Source: Octopus bimaculoides (taxonomy: Eukaryota). Taken from it: 64,000 bases of DNA. Below are positions 12,780 through 25,230 of this stretch, piece after piece; positions within the stretch are counted from its first letter, which is position 1; each line of letters begins with the position of its first letter. A program made the translations under genes and the position numbers. The stretch lies in assembly GCF_001194135.2 (NCBI RefSeq), contig NC_068982.1:155401442-155465441 (forward strand), in the 5' to 3' direction. Below the pieces are notes generated by a model. It was given only the letters and a program-made list of their open reading frames with translations. It made no database searches and had not been told where the DNA came from.

Positions 12780-13529
12780 GTGCGTGTGTGTGTGCGTGCG
12801 TGCGTGCATTGGGAAACAGCTTTTTTGTTTAACATCTTATATTGAAAACCGTAGATCAGTATTACCGGATAGTTAAGTTTACTTTGCAACCACGAGCTCC
12901 AAGGTCCGATCCCACTCCATTAGTATCTTGGGCAGAACACCAATGTTTCCTGTCTTATCGAAGATACCAAAAAAAAAAATTCATCCACATCAAGACACAC
13001 ACATCCTCATTTTTATATCCGCTTTCCATGCTGGTATGGGTTGGACCTTTGAGAAGATCCAACAAGTCGAAGGACTTTGTCATGCTCCAGTGCATTAGCT
13101 TTGGCCAGGTTTCTATGGCTGGATGCTCTTCCTAATGCCAACTACTTTACAGAAATGTACTGGGTGCTTTTTTCCTTACACTAGTACGGATCTTTCTGAA
13201 TTCACTTTATGCAAGGTGTTGAGAGGTTAAGGTATGATAGGAGGGACAAGTTTATTTCCACCACCACCCCAGTCATCTCCACCCACCCATTTCATATGTC
13301 TGGGTGGGAGGGGAAGGAATGATAAAAATGCTGGAGAGATGTCAGTTGGGAGTAGCTCAGAAGAGAGAGAATGGTAACTGTTAGTACAGAAATGGTAATA
13401 TGGTATGAAATAACTGATTCTGGTTTCATTACTTAAAGCAGCAGAATAATACTAAAAACTGCAGAAATAAATTTAAAATAAAGATAGAAGTATTCTATAT
13501 AAAACAAATACATAAAAACAGAGATGGTG

Positions 13530-13608
13530 GTAGAACAGAAGGTAAAATGTTCATGTATATCTAAGAGAGCAGATGTTCCAAGGGAAATTTGTGTGGCTAA
13601 GTGTGTGT

Positions 13609-13647
<39 letters not shown>

Positions 13648-13657
13648 NNNNNNNNNN

Positions 13658-13701
<44 letters not shown>

Positions 13702-14200
13702 TTCCTTGGGAATGATGCCCTATTGTGGGTGGAAACACCAAATACCAAGAGTGAATGGAGTGACCAAGTGTTATGACATGGTAAGCAGTAGATATGCTTT
13801 GAGTACATTGAAGAATGTTGTAATTGAGACTGTCTAAACAATCACTCAGACAACAACCTGTTTGACCAACATGGAGGACTGCTCAAAGTTTATGATTCAT
13901 TGTTTGATATTGGCAGATAAGCAACTGATGTTTTGGGTGGTTTGTTAGTGGGGTCTGTGGGCCATAGATTGTTGCAGCAAATAAACTTGAAAGTACTTTA
14001 TTGGGTGTAGATAGGAGCTAAGGAATGTCTAACAAAATGGTTACAGGGATTCTTATTTTTTTAGAGGAATGGATGCTTACCAAGTGAGAGAGGGATTCAG
14101 TCCCAATGCGCATATGAAGGTTAGGTGAATGATAATACAGTTGATAGCCTGGATCCAGCACAGTGTAGGATCTACAGCTAACTAACAGCACTGTAAATGA
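13530..14200 (-). mobile_element. Penelope-like element remnant (GIY-YIG endonuclease region)
   Basis: LHVGQTGCCLSDCL (cf. YIGETGRRLxDRF) and SLGTSALLDIHEHFTF (cf. LGTLxPxGINxxFxF); interrupted by (GT)n and a gap. Confidence 0.65.
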
Positions 14201-14751
14201 ATAAGTGCTACATTTTTCCGATACAAAGAAGTAATGTTTGTCTACTACTTTCATACATAATCACAGTTTACTTTTTGTTTTCAATTTATCCTGTTACATA
14301 TATGAGACAATGCCATATTCATATTTTGTATGTCCTCCATTGCTATTTTCCCTCAGTCATATTGTTGATCTTCATAATCAACATCATTATATTCCCTGTT
14401 TGTGTGTGTATTAGGAAGGGCATCCAGCTGTAGAAACTCTGCCAAATTAGATTGGAGCCTGGTGTAGCCATCCGGTTGCACCAGTCCTCAGTCAAATCGT
14501 CCAACCCATGCTAGCATGGAAAGCGGACGTTAAACAATGATGATGATGATGATGATGATGATGATATATATATCACTATTAGATTTGTAAACTGAATAGA
14601 ATGTTTCACTGAAGTATAAAAAGACAGAAACATATCGGTTGATTTCATCAGGTTTAAAAACTAGATCCTCTTCCATATTGCATTTTCTATATTTTCCAAA
14701 ATTTCCAGTGATTTTACTGCAGTTATCTCTCCTGCTTGTTGTTTCTATAAG

Positions 14752-15317
14752 CAACGGTGGATTAACCCTTAAGCAAAATAAGCATGTGCTTAGGGCATTG
14801 TGGGAAGGGTGAGCACCACAGAAACTGTAAATAGTTTACAGCACATTAGGAATCGTTTTAAACTTGCTAAAATAAACATTACTGAGTGTGCTTCCCAAGT
14901 GTAGACATTACCATTCGTATATTTTTAACATTAATGGTCACAAATTGCTCAGCTAAGCATTCATTTTCTCAGTTGAAGTATATTAAAAAATCTCATCAAA
15001 ACAACTATGCAACAAGGCAGGCTGGATGCTTTGTTTTTACTAAGAAGAGAAGCAGATGCATTATGTAAGATTAATTTTGAAGATCTGTTCAAAGACTTTG
15101 CAATTAAAGAAAGTTGGAGGAAACTTTTCAAATATAAATAAAGGGAAAGTATACAAAAATAAACATTATTTTCTATCTTACTGTTAGTTGTGTTACATTT
15201 TGAAAAATAGAAATTTCTTTTATGGCTTATCATTGTTTATATTTTGGATTACATGTATGTGGTGACACTAAAACCTTTTAAGTGCTTAGGGCTTCTGTGG
15301 GTCTTAATCCGGCCCTG
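14752..15317 (+). mobile_element. Non-autonomous hAT element retaining only the C-terminal dimerisation-domain coding region
   Basis: FPSVDITIRIFLTLMVTNCSAKHSFSQLKYIK; imperfect TIRs CAACGGTGGATTAA / TTAATCCGGCCCTG; 8-bp TSD TCTATAAG / TCTATAGG. Confidence 0.85.
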
Positions 15318-16434
15318 TCTATAGGTACTGGTGCCACATAAAAACACCCGTGCTGGCATCATATAAAGAGTACCTGTACTGGCACCACATAAAGAAAGCA
15401 TCCATGCCAGTGTCATGTAAATAGCACTCATGCTGGTGCCACATAAAAAGCATCCAGTACTCTCTGTAAAGTGGTTGGCATTAGGAAGGACATCCAGCCA
15501 TAGAAACCATACCAAAACAGATGACTGGAGCCAGGCGCAGTGCTCCAACTTCCCAGCTCCCATCAAACCATCCAACCCATGGAAAGTAGACATTAAGCAT
15601 AAACATTTCTAGAGAGTGTTTTCAGTATGCTGTGTCCTTTATCAAAGCACTTTATTTCATGTTGCACCAGTCTATTCAGCTGGAAAAGAACACCACTCAG
15701 CTACAAGTGCAGCCCTCTCTCCCTCCTACTGTTATATTCTCAATATTCTGCTAGGCCAAGTGGGTGTCTATCTGCTCGTAACTGCACAGGAGCTTAAAAA
15801 CAAATAGAGAAAGAATGGTACAAGCTGCCAGATTTATTTGCAAGTGATGGCTGAGTTATTTGTAAAGTAGATACATATACAAATGTAACACATATACAAC
15901 AATGATCTAGACAGTAATGAGTATAACAGGAAGCATGAATAAGAAACTAGAGTTTTAAGAGATTATGCTTTTAACTACTTTAGAAATACTTATTTAACAA
16001 TCAGATAGAAATGGAAAATACATCTTAAAAGCTGGCAGAAATGAATGAACTAAGCAAAATCTGATGGTGAGATGAAAGGTGAACAAAGAGCAGTAAAATG
16101 TTGATAAATACAGTTGATACTGATGCTTAAGAAATTTGTTTTATAACCACATGATTTCAGGTTTAATCATACTACACAGAAATTTGGCTGTTCTTGGGTT
16201 AAAAAATAGCTTGTTTATGAAATCTGGTCAGCAAAAACTGAAGTGTGTGTGGGCATATGTGGATGTGCATGTGCACATACATCCATACATTCAAACATGC
16301 ATACATACAAGCATACATGCATGTTTTTACTAGTGCCAGCCTGAAAGATGCAGTTATGCTAGGGCAATGCTTAATATTATTGCTACTCTAAATACAACCT
16401 TTTTTCTGGAGCTGATTTTTAATGAATAAGGTTA

Positions 16435-17293
16435 ATGTGATTTTAACGTTCCACTGGCACAGGTGCCAGTCAGGTGGTACTGTCATCGGCCACGACAGCG
16501 ATTTCACTCGCCTCAACAGGTCTTCGCAAGCGGAGATTACTGCCCAATATTTGAAGGGTACTCTTAAATGGGCTGGTTATGCTGCACTGGCATAGGCCAC
16601 AGTTACAGTCTCATTTGGCTTGCCGGGTCTTCTCAAGCACAGCATATCTCCAAAGGTTTCTGTCACTTGTCATTGCCTCGGAGAAGCCCAATGTTCAAAG
16701 GTCATGCTTCACCACCTTGTCCCAGATCTTCCTGGGATGAGGAAGAGGGTCTACCACTTCCGCAGGTTTTTTCAACTGCTAGGGTGTGACACTTTCTCAC
16801 ACAGCTATCCTCATCCATTCGCAACATATGACCATACCAGTGCAGTCGTCTCTCTTGCACACCACATCTGATACTTCTTATTTCCAACTTCCTTGCAAGC
16901 TTATGCATGTCCTCAGCAGTCACAGCCCATGTTTCACTGCCATGTAGTATGGCTGTTCACACACATGCATCACCAGTGGCACATAAAAAGCACCATTTGA
17001 GCGTGGTCACTGCCAGCATCGCCTGACGGGCTCCTGTGCAGGTGACACATAAAAAGCACCATTTGAGTGTGGTCGATTCCATTACGCCTGACTGGCCCTC
17101 ATGCTGGTGGCATGTTAAAGCACCTATTACACTCTCGGAGTGGTTGGCGCTAGGAAGGGCATCCAGCTGTAGAAACTTTGCCAGATCAAATTGGAACCTG
17201 GTGCAGCCTTCTAGCTCACCAGCCCTCAGTCAAACCATCCAAACCCATGCCAGCATAGAAAGCGGACGTTAAACAACGACGATGATGATGATG
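16435..17293. mobile_element. RTE LINE insertion with inverted 5' part
   Basis: ORF end plus upstream 3' UTR on the - strand (16435-16971), joined to distal 3' UTR and (GAT)n tail on the + strand; AAGGTTA at 16428-16434 and 17294-17300 is a likely TSD. Confidence 0.85.
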
Positions 17294-17309
17294 AAGGTTA
17301 GTACTACTA

Positions 17310-17540
17310 CTTTTAGTAGATATTGTTCATAGGTAGTAGAATATTCAGGTGTTTATTGAATATACTTACATCCATTCCATGCATATTTTTCAAATTCTTT
17401 TGAGAGATATTGAAAAGCTGGAGCCCTTTGAAATCTATGCTGTTGCAATATCTGGTTGTGATTCTTGATGGGACTTTTTGGAGAATGCAGTTAACAACTA
17501 GTTTAGTGGTTGGTATAGGAATCAATACCAAAGTTTGGTG
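17310..17540 (-). mobile_element. CR1/L2-group LINE ORF2 C-terminus remnant
   Basis: RYCNSIDFKGLQLFNISQKNLKNMHGMDVSIFNKHLN fits the NSxxxxGPxLFNxLPxxLR...FKxxLD end motif. Confidence 0.65.
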
Positions 17541-18941
17541 CTAACCCTTCAAGGATTTCCATATATAAATCGCTGCACGTGCGCGTGTGTGTGTGTGTGT
17601 GTGTGCGTGTGTTTGTATGTGAGTGTGTTTATATCAGCGTGGGATAAGACAAAACTGGTACAGCAAACAAAATTACTTCGCAGTATTTAGTCGTGGCTGA
17701 GTTGTCTCCCTCTACAGTCTTTTCTCACCAGATCCAATAATTACTATCCGGAAACACTTGACTAATGAATTTGAAAAATTGTAGTTTTTACTATTGCATT
17801 TAAAAACATCATTTATGAGTGATATTAGATATCAAAAGGGCAAATATGAAACAAGAAAACAGAACATTCTCTACTGATAGGACCAGAACCACGAATCTAT
17901 TGCTTGCAATTAATAGGAAGTTACTATACTCCCTACTATAAAAAAATACTCTTCTGAGTTATCAACTTGGGATTTGAGTGTGGTTTCTATGTTTGCCAAA
18001 ACAATCTAAGTCTTCATAAATTTCCACTGAAAATCCAATTTTAAACTCAAAACAAAGAAAGATATTCTAAATAAATATTTATTTTGTAGGTCGAATACCA
18101 TAATAAAAATTCAGTTATCTGAATGGGTTTTAAGCGTTTATTTGTTGTTTTGTTTTGTTTTGCTTTATGAACTATGCTTAATGGAAAAGTGTCAGCATAC
18201 TCTAAAAAGAAAGAGTTATATTTAGTAAAGATTAAGCTTTATCTTTTCAGGACAATATTAAGATCATGTGTTTCATTATCTTTTGGGCTGACATAAATTA
18301 TGTGTCACAGTTAATAATTATCCAATTACAATTCAACAATTCAAAAATAGACTTAGTTCACATAACATGATCTTCCTTGGAATAAGTTTTACAGAACTTT
18401 TCACAACAGTCGCAGCACTTGTATTTTTTGCTTAGGGGTTATTTTTGTCAAGAGAAAATTAAGTAATATAGAAATGTAAGGGTTTTCAACATGTTCATCT
18501 GAAACTTTGGCTGCCACAAAGCTTAAATTATAAAACCAATCCATATTTGTTCCTTTATAAATTTTACCACAAGAAAAGGGTATTGTGAATGAGAAATGAA
18601 CAAAATTATTTTTAAAATTTTAATTACTTTAAAGATGTTCGAGGTTTTTTGTTTATTTTCTTCTCAGTATTTTAAATTTGACATATTACCAAGATTTAAG
18701 TTCACATCCTAAACTATATCCAAACATTGTGACCAATCAATCCATAACTCATGCAAAATTAAGTAGAGAAGAGGAGTGGGGATAGGAAGCACTCACAAAC
18801 AGGTGTCCTTCAGAGGTATACTAGGCTTTAATAAAACAGAAAGGCAAGTTTGGATAAAGTTTATGAAATTTCCCATGGATACAGAAACATCTTGTGTCAG
18901 TTTTGAGCTTAGACGAATAACATCTCTAACAAAATATTGAT

Positions 18942-19161
18942 TTCAAATTTTGGCACAAGGCCAGCAACTTCAGAAGGAAGGTAAGTCAATTACATCAACC
19001 CCCCCACCCCAATATTCAACTGGTACTCATTTTATCAAACCCAAAAAGATAAAAGGCAAAGTCAACCTTGGCAGAATTTGAACTCAGAACATTAAGAAGT
19101 ATGAAATGCCGCTAAGCATTTTGCCCACCGTGCTAACAATTCTGCCAGCTCCCCACCTTCC
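18942..19161 (-). mobile_element. tRNA-derived SINE family A with a Nin/Deu-like central domain. Other copies or fragments at about 3945-3985, 4800-5150, 12370-12520, 20580-20640, 25240-25460, 26520-26690, 26990-27200, 30165-30360, 30540-30755, 54980-55560
   Basis: A-box TGGCAGAA, B-box GAGTTCAAATTC, core GTCGACTTTGCCTTTCATCCTTTCGGGGTCGATAAA..GTACCAG; 19-bp TSD TCTCTAACAAAATATTGAT at 18923-18941 and 19162-19180. Confidence 0.85.
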
Positions 19162-19184
19162 TCTCTAACAAAATATTGATATCA

Positions 19185-19560
19185 AATTAAACGAGCACTC
19201 AAAGAGCACAAACCTCTGCCAAGGCAACACCAACATCCTCTCAACGATTAGCCAGAGATGATTTTTAAAATGAGAATATCTGAAATAAACGCAACTGCTC
19301 TCACAAATGAGAATACTAAAAATGAACCCAACCACTCTCAAAAATTAAGTAACAAAACAGAAAAAAATAATCGAAAATCCTTGTCTGATACTGGATTGAT
19401 CCCAAAATCTAATCAGTTTGTGCCAGTCGTGAAGCCAAACATCCCTGAAAGTTTCATCCGAATCCATCCAGTGGTTCTTGAGATAACTCGTCCACAGACA
19501 AACAAATAAACAATCACAACTGAAAACAATACCTCTGCCTTCACTAAGGCAGAGGTAATA
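19185..19560 (+). mobile_element. Helentron-associated (HINE/DINE-1-like) non-autonomous element
   Basis: 5' subterminal ACCTCTGCC, repeated in the 3' hairpin ACCTCTGCCTT-CACT-AAGGCAGAGGT. Confidence 0.65.
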
Positions 19561-19749
19561 ACCAAGATAACTCAAGCCAATGAGGAAAATTCTATGCAAT
19601 AATTTGCTCTGCCAGAACAGTAACTAAATTTTCATCAAACCACTGTCTAAAAATTGAAGAATACAGTGGATAAATGAAGTTCTTAAGTCTGAAGCAGAGA
19701 GATGATCAAGACTGGAAATCATTTAATCATAAATCTACTTGATCAGAGT

Positions 19750-20560
19750 GATTCAATTGAAATGTGTAAACAAACACTCTAAAGATTAGGTAAAAAAAAA
19801 TCTTTAAAAAATATGACCTTATCAAACATTATTGTATCAGTGTTGAAAAATCTTCAGTGATGTTCAGACCTAACATATAAAGCAGATGTGAAACTTCTAG
19901 TTGCATGCTATTCATGTTGGTAGAGGTGGTGAGTAATGTTTTCTTGATATGTTTAATGACTCTTTTTTACTGATGAAAGAGACAAGAGTAGTATTATCCA
20001 ACTGGAGAATATTTTGAGGTCTCTGTACACAAGTCAATTCAGATCTGGCATGAAGTTGCATGTGGATGGTAATGGAGTGCAGAAGGTTATGGAGGAATGA
20101 AGGGTAGAATCATCTGATTCAAAGTAGATATTGTCAGGTGTAATGGTAAATAGAGACAAAATCAAATCTAAGGTACACCAAAACTGACAGTGTTGGGATC
20201 AGAGAGAATCTATTAGCACAAGCCACAATGGTACAAATGTAACAAGAAGTGGCAAAAGATGAGAGACTGATGGAGACAACAGGAACTCAGTTTTGCCCAG
20301 AGATTTTTGTGCCAAACAATCAGTTTTCCTTGTTGAGGATAACACAGCTTTCACCAAATTTCTTGAGTGTGACAGTCCACAGCAGGTAACTAAGTAAGAC
20401 TCTCTTAATAGTCATTAAAAAGTTAAGTTCACATTGGAGAATGTTGCTGTTAATGGCTGTTATCATCACTTTTGAGAAATTGGAAGTGAGTACAAGAAAG
20501 CAGTAGTCATAAATATCAGGTAATGAGAGCAGGATGCTACAATCAAAGACTTTCTAGCCA
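19750..20560 (-). mobile_element. Old CR1/L2-group LINE RT remnant
   Basis: DDSTLHSS (YADD-derived) near 20100; degenerate FGE and KAFDRVWHK-like segments. Confidence 0.5.
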
Positions 20561-21219
20561 AGACCATTTCTTGCATTTAGCACGGCGGTGAGCTGGCAGA
20601 AACGTTAGCACGCCGGGTGAAATGCTTAACAGTATTTCGTCAACACCAATTAATAACTGACTCCAGTCAAACAAGTACTAATAGATACTATAATTGTATC
20701 ATGCACACACGTACACACATGCACACACATAGGATGGCTGTCCACTCATGACCAAGGAAAACCATCACTGACTATTAAGAACATTGTGCACTCACATATG
20801 TATACAGACATATATGTATATACATATCATATGTATATAAACATAAATATATATACATATCATCACTTTTCAATCCTTGTATGGGTAGGATGAAATTCAT
20901 GGAGACAGATTTTCTAAGACTGGATGCCATTCCTTTCACCAACATTCACCTGCTTCCAATGACATTTGTTCACATAACTAGATTTTACACTCACATAACT
21001 GATGTCTACTAATCTCATGAAACACAATTACATTATATAAAGCATTAATAGTGACTAAGTTGCTTGTGTTCCTTTTCTATGTACGGCTTGTGAAGTCTGC
21101 ATTGTAGCCTAGCTGGAGTTATGAAGATTGTCTAAGCATGTCAGAGATAAGAGTTAAGTAGATCTATCATGCCCATTAGCATTGGTAACAAGTCACACTT
21201 TCTGTCATATCTTTTGAAC

Positions 21220-22611
21220 TAGCCTTGGCCAAAATTAATTACTTTTAAGGTGTATGGCTAAATTAGGACAATATAAGTACATCAATGTAAAAATAACTTA
21301 CTTTTAAGTAATTTAATACTTAGTGGGACCCCTCTGGCTTTAATGAGTGCCATAATTCATCTTGGCATGGATACAATGAGGTTGTGACACTCTTCTGATG
21401 TTATGTTCTCTTGTGTAGCTTGTAAAGTATGAAATAATTGTGCTTTATTTTTAGTTGTGCTGCTCCCAATACCTTTCCCAAGCATCCACCAAAAATGTTT
21501 AATAGGATTATGGTCAGAATCTTGTAGTGGCCTCTCAAGTAAAGCCTTTTTTTTTAAACTTTTCATTTGGTAGGAAGTATGACAAGGTCATACTTCCTGC
21601 CAAATTTCTAGGTGTATTTGGAAGTCGCTGATGAATTCCTGTCCCTGCTGAGGACATGCATGCCCATTCCATGATGGAACCACTGTCGTGCTTCATTGTT
21701 GGCACCACACAACCGGGATTATAGGCTCCTCCAACTCTTCTCCTCACATAAGTTGCACCAGATGTATTGAAAATCTGGAAAAAATTGCTTAAATATGGCC
21801 TTTAAAACATTATTCATTGCAAGTCAGGATTAGAAATAAAATTATTTTATATATGTAAAATAACAAGAGTATAGCGCAATTTATATACCTGACAGTTACT
21901 TTCATCTGACCAGATGACGTTTGATTATTGTGTAAGAGTCCAGTTTTGATTACTTTTGGCCCACTGGAGGTGCTTCTATTTGTTGACCTCAGAAATCCAG
22001 GGTTTTTTCCTTGCTTTACAGATCTTTCAGACTGTGTTCTTGAAGTCTTCTTCTTGCTGTTGTTATTGGTGATATTTTTGATGTGGTTGCAGAGAGATGT
22101 CCAAACCAGTAATCAGTTTTCTTGGAGTTGTGGCAATTCATTTTCTTCCATGTTTTGGTCTTGATTGGAAGTTTCCAGTCTTGTTAAATCTTTTTATTGT
22201 CATCTGCACAGTGAATCGTGAGCATTTCATTTTCTTCTGAAAATTTTCACCTATGATAATTCTTCTTTATGAAGAAAGTGTATCTGGGCTCTCTGTGCCT
22301 CTGCAAGATCCTTAGTTTTTGGCATTATTGATTTCCAGATAATACTCAACACCTTATTATTAATAAAGTTTATCTACAATTCAATTTTACCTGTAATAAT
22401 TACATTGCATATCATCACCTAGTTACTAGATAAATTCACATATTTAAGTTTCATCAAATTTTATACAATATTAAATAAAATATTAATATATTAATGTAAG
22501 CTATGATTGTAAATTATATTTTTATGACTGGAGTAAAGTTTTTACCACTTCATAACTTCATATAAGAATTGCAATACTTATATTTGACATGGGTTCTTCT
22601 GTCCAATGCTG
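21220..22611 (-). mobile_element. Tc1-family DNA transposon, decayed, with a 114-bp intron in the transposase
   Basis: ATG at 22325 (MPKTKDLAEAQRAQIH), QWAKSNQNWT, VIWSDES, PTMKHDSGSIMEWACMS, NPIKHFW, SMPR, GPTKY* (stop 21313-21315); TA-CAGCATTGG end at 22611; left TIR degenerate. Confidence 0.88.
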
Positions 22612-22654
22612 TACTCTCTCACTCTGTGTGTGTGTGTTTGTGTGTGTGTGTGTA

Positions 22655-22961
22655 TGTATGCCCAGGAAGACCTGGGCTGAGGTGGTGAGGCAAGACCTTC
22701 ATACATTGGGCCTCACCGAGGCGATGACTACTGACTGAGACCTTTGGAAATGTGCTGTGCGTGAGAAGACCCGGCAAGCCAAGTAAGATCGTTGCCAGTG
22801 CCCCTGGACTGGTTCTTGTGCGGGTGGCACGTGAGATGCACCATTTTGAGCGTGGCCATTGCCAGTACCGCCTGACTGGCTCCCGTAGGATTTTCGAGTG
22901 AGATCGTTGCCAGTGCCCCTGGACTGGCTTGTGCGGGTGGCACATAAAAGACACCATTTCG
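22655..22961 (+). mobile_element. RTE LINE ORF end and start of 3' UTR, running into a gap
   Basis: Encodes ...RPRKTWAEVVRQDL...REKTRQAK* followed by tandem UTR units. Confidence 0.85.
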
Positions 22962-24589
22962 NNNNNNNNNNNNNNNNNNNNNNNNNNNNNNNNNNNNNNN
23001 NNNNNNNNNNNNNNNNNNNNNNNNNNNNNNNNNNNNNNNNNNNNNNNNNNNNNNNNNNNNNNNNNNNNNNNNNNNNNNNNNNNNNNNNNNNNNNNNNNNN
23101 NNNNNNNNNNNNNNNNNNNNNNNNNNNNNNNNNNNNNNNNNNNNNNNNNNNNNNNNNNNNNNNNNNNNNNNNNNNNNNNNNNNNNNNNNNNNTATATATA
23201 TAATTCAGATAGAGGTTGTGTTAGCCTCATGAAGGGATGGATGGTGTCATCCAAAGAAATACTGGTTCAATACCAAATATTGGTGGGGGGGAATTGATAT
23301 CCATAAAATAATAGGTTTGTATATAAACCATACTTTATATTCATATAAATGAAGAAGAAAATGGAGATATTGAAGTTAATAAGAGTTTATTATCAGCAAT
23401 AAATTAATCATTATCCCTGAGTCTGCTGTGATGAGTCTACAAACACACAAAATATCAAAGGGTATTTTTTTCCCCTCTCTAGAGATTACGCTCAGAAACA
23501 TGATTTTGATATTTAATTAATTTCTGTGTGTAATTGAAACAATGCTGGCATGAGTTGGATGGTTTGACAGGATTTGATTTATCCAAGGACTGCATCAAGC
23601 TCCAATGTCTGCTTCGGCATGGTTTTTATGGCTTGATGCCATTTCTAACGCCAACCGTTGTACAACACAGACAGTTTTTTTTTTTGTACCACCTGCACTA
23701 TTGGGATTGCTATGCAGTTCACACAGCTATAAGCCCTGAGGGAGTTGAGGAAAGGTCAGCTTCATACTAGGTGACAAGAGTATTACTATAAGAGTGGGAA
23801 GCAAAGCAAGTTCTAGTAGCAGGATCTGCACAGCTACTCACAATTAGTAATGGAAAAGGGAGAGGAGAGAAAGAGAGTGACCAATAGTAGCAAGATATAA
23901 ATAATGGCAATAAGGTGCCCTGGTGGACCCACAAGGCACACAAGTAGATTAGTGGGTGGGTTGCAAGATTGTATGAGAAGGTGAATGAAGGGTGAGAAAG
24001 CAGACCACCAAAATGAGTACATTTGAAGGGCAGATGAAACAAGGTCCATAAGCTGGGGAAGACAGAGGATTGCAGGAGAGTGGGGGCAGAAAGCAGTAGG
24101 TACAGTAAAGATGATACAGTCGTTTGGTGGTGGGGAGGGACAAACAAGGGAGATATGATATGGTTGGGTAGTACGCGGAGCCAGAGCAGAGAGAGAGGAG
24201 ATGGGAATAATGCATGAAGGGTGGAGGAGAGTCTGTGTAACAGGTGAAGAACCCAAAACACAACAATTCCAAAACATATATATCATCATCAGCATCACCA
24301 TCAAACATCCATTTTTCATGCTGGGATGGGTTGGACTGTTTAACAGGAGCTGGCTAGCTGAAGAGCTCCTCGGGCTCCATGTCTGTTTTGACATGGTATC
24401 TACGGCTGAATGCACTTCCTAACACCAACCACTCTATGCAGCACTGGCACAGGTGCGTTTACGTGGTACTGGTACAAGTGCTTTTCATGTGGCACCAGCA
24501 CCCACAAGTCCGCAAGGTTAGGAATGCTCACCTGTAGAGAGATGCAGGGGATAGCCTATATGCAAGGACAACCATACTTTTACTTAGCT

Positions 24590-25230
24590 TGAATTGTCTT
24601 TTTAAGCACTGCAAACCACCAGGAATCTGTCCCCTGACATCCCCTCAGGGAGTCCCATCTGTAGATCCTTTCACACCACTTCATCTCACATCTTCCTGGG
24701 TCTACTCCTTCCACGTTTTCTCTAAAATTAAAGATCAGCACCACTTGATGCAACTGCCTTTATTCATACGCATTACATGGCGATACAAGCAGTCTTCTCT
24801 CTTGCATGCCACATCTGATGCCTTGTATACCCAGTTTTTCTCTCAAATCACTTATACTGTTGTGCATACATGCTGACATTACCCATCCAGCAGAGCATAT
24901 TGGCTTCATTTCTTTCAAACCTTCTTATATCCTCAGTAGTCACAGCCTTTGTCTCACTGCCAAGTAGCATAGCTGCTCATACACAAGCATCATACAACTT
25001 ACATTTCACTGAGGGAAAGGCCCTTCTTTACTAACAGAGGTAGTAGCTCTTTAAACATTTTGAAGCCTATTCTCATTCTAGCAGCTATGCTTTCAGAACA
25101 ACATCCCCTACAACTAACTTGGTCACCTAAGTAACAGAAACTGTCTACTACTTCTAGTGAACACCCCTGACATTTGAGGGAGTCTACTTTTTGTACATTC
25201 TTGCTGTTTAATGTACCTGCACATCTTATT
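24590..25230 (-). mobile_element. Degenerate RTE LINE C-terminal fragment
   Basis: VVDSFCYLGDQVS, FKELLPLL, KGLSL homologous to the other RTE copies. Confidence 0.8.

Noticed and set aside
18358-18430. Minus-strand YKCCDCCEKFCKTYSKEDHVM resembling a C2H2 finger
   Set aside because: Stops before the second His, no convincing splice sites, no neighbouring fingers
23767-24422. Overlapping 120-190 aa ORFs
   Set aside because: Low-complexity purine/pyrimidine-skewed repeat body plus RTE tail
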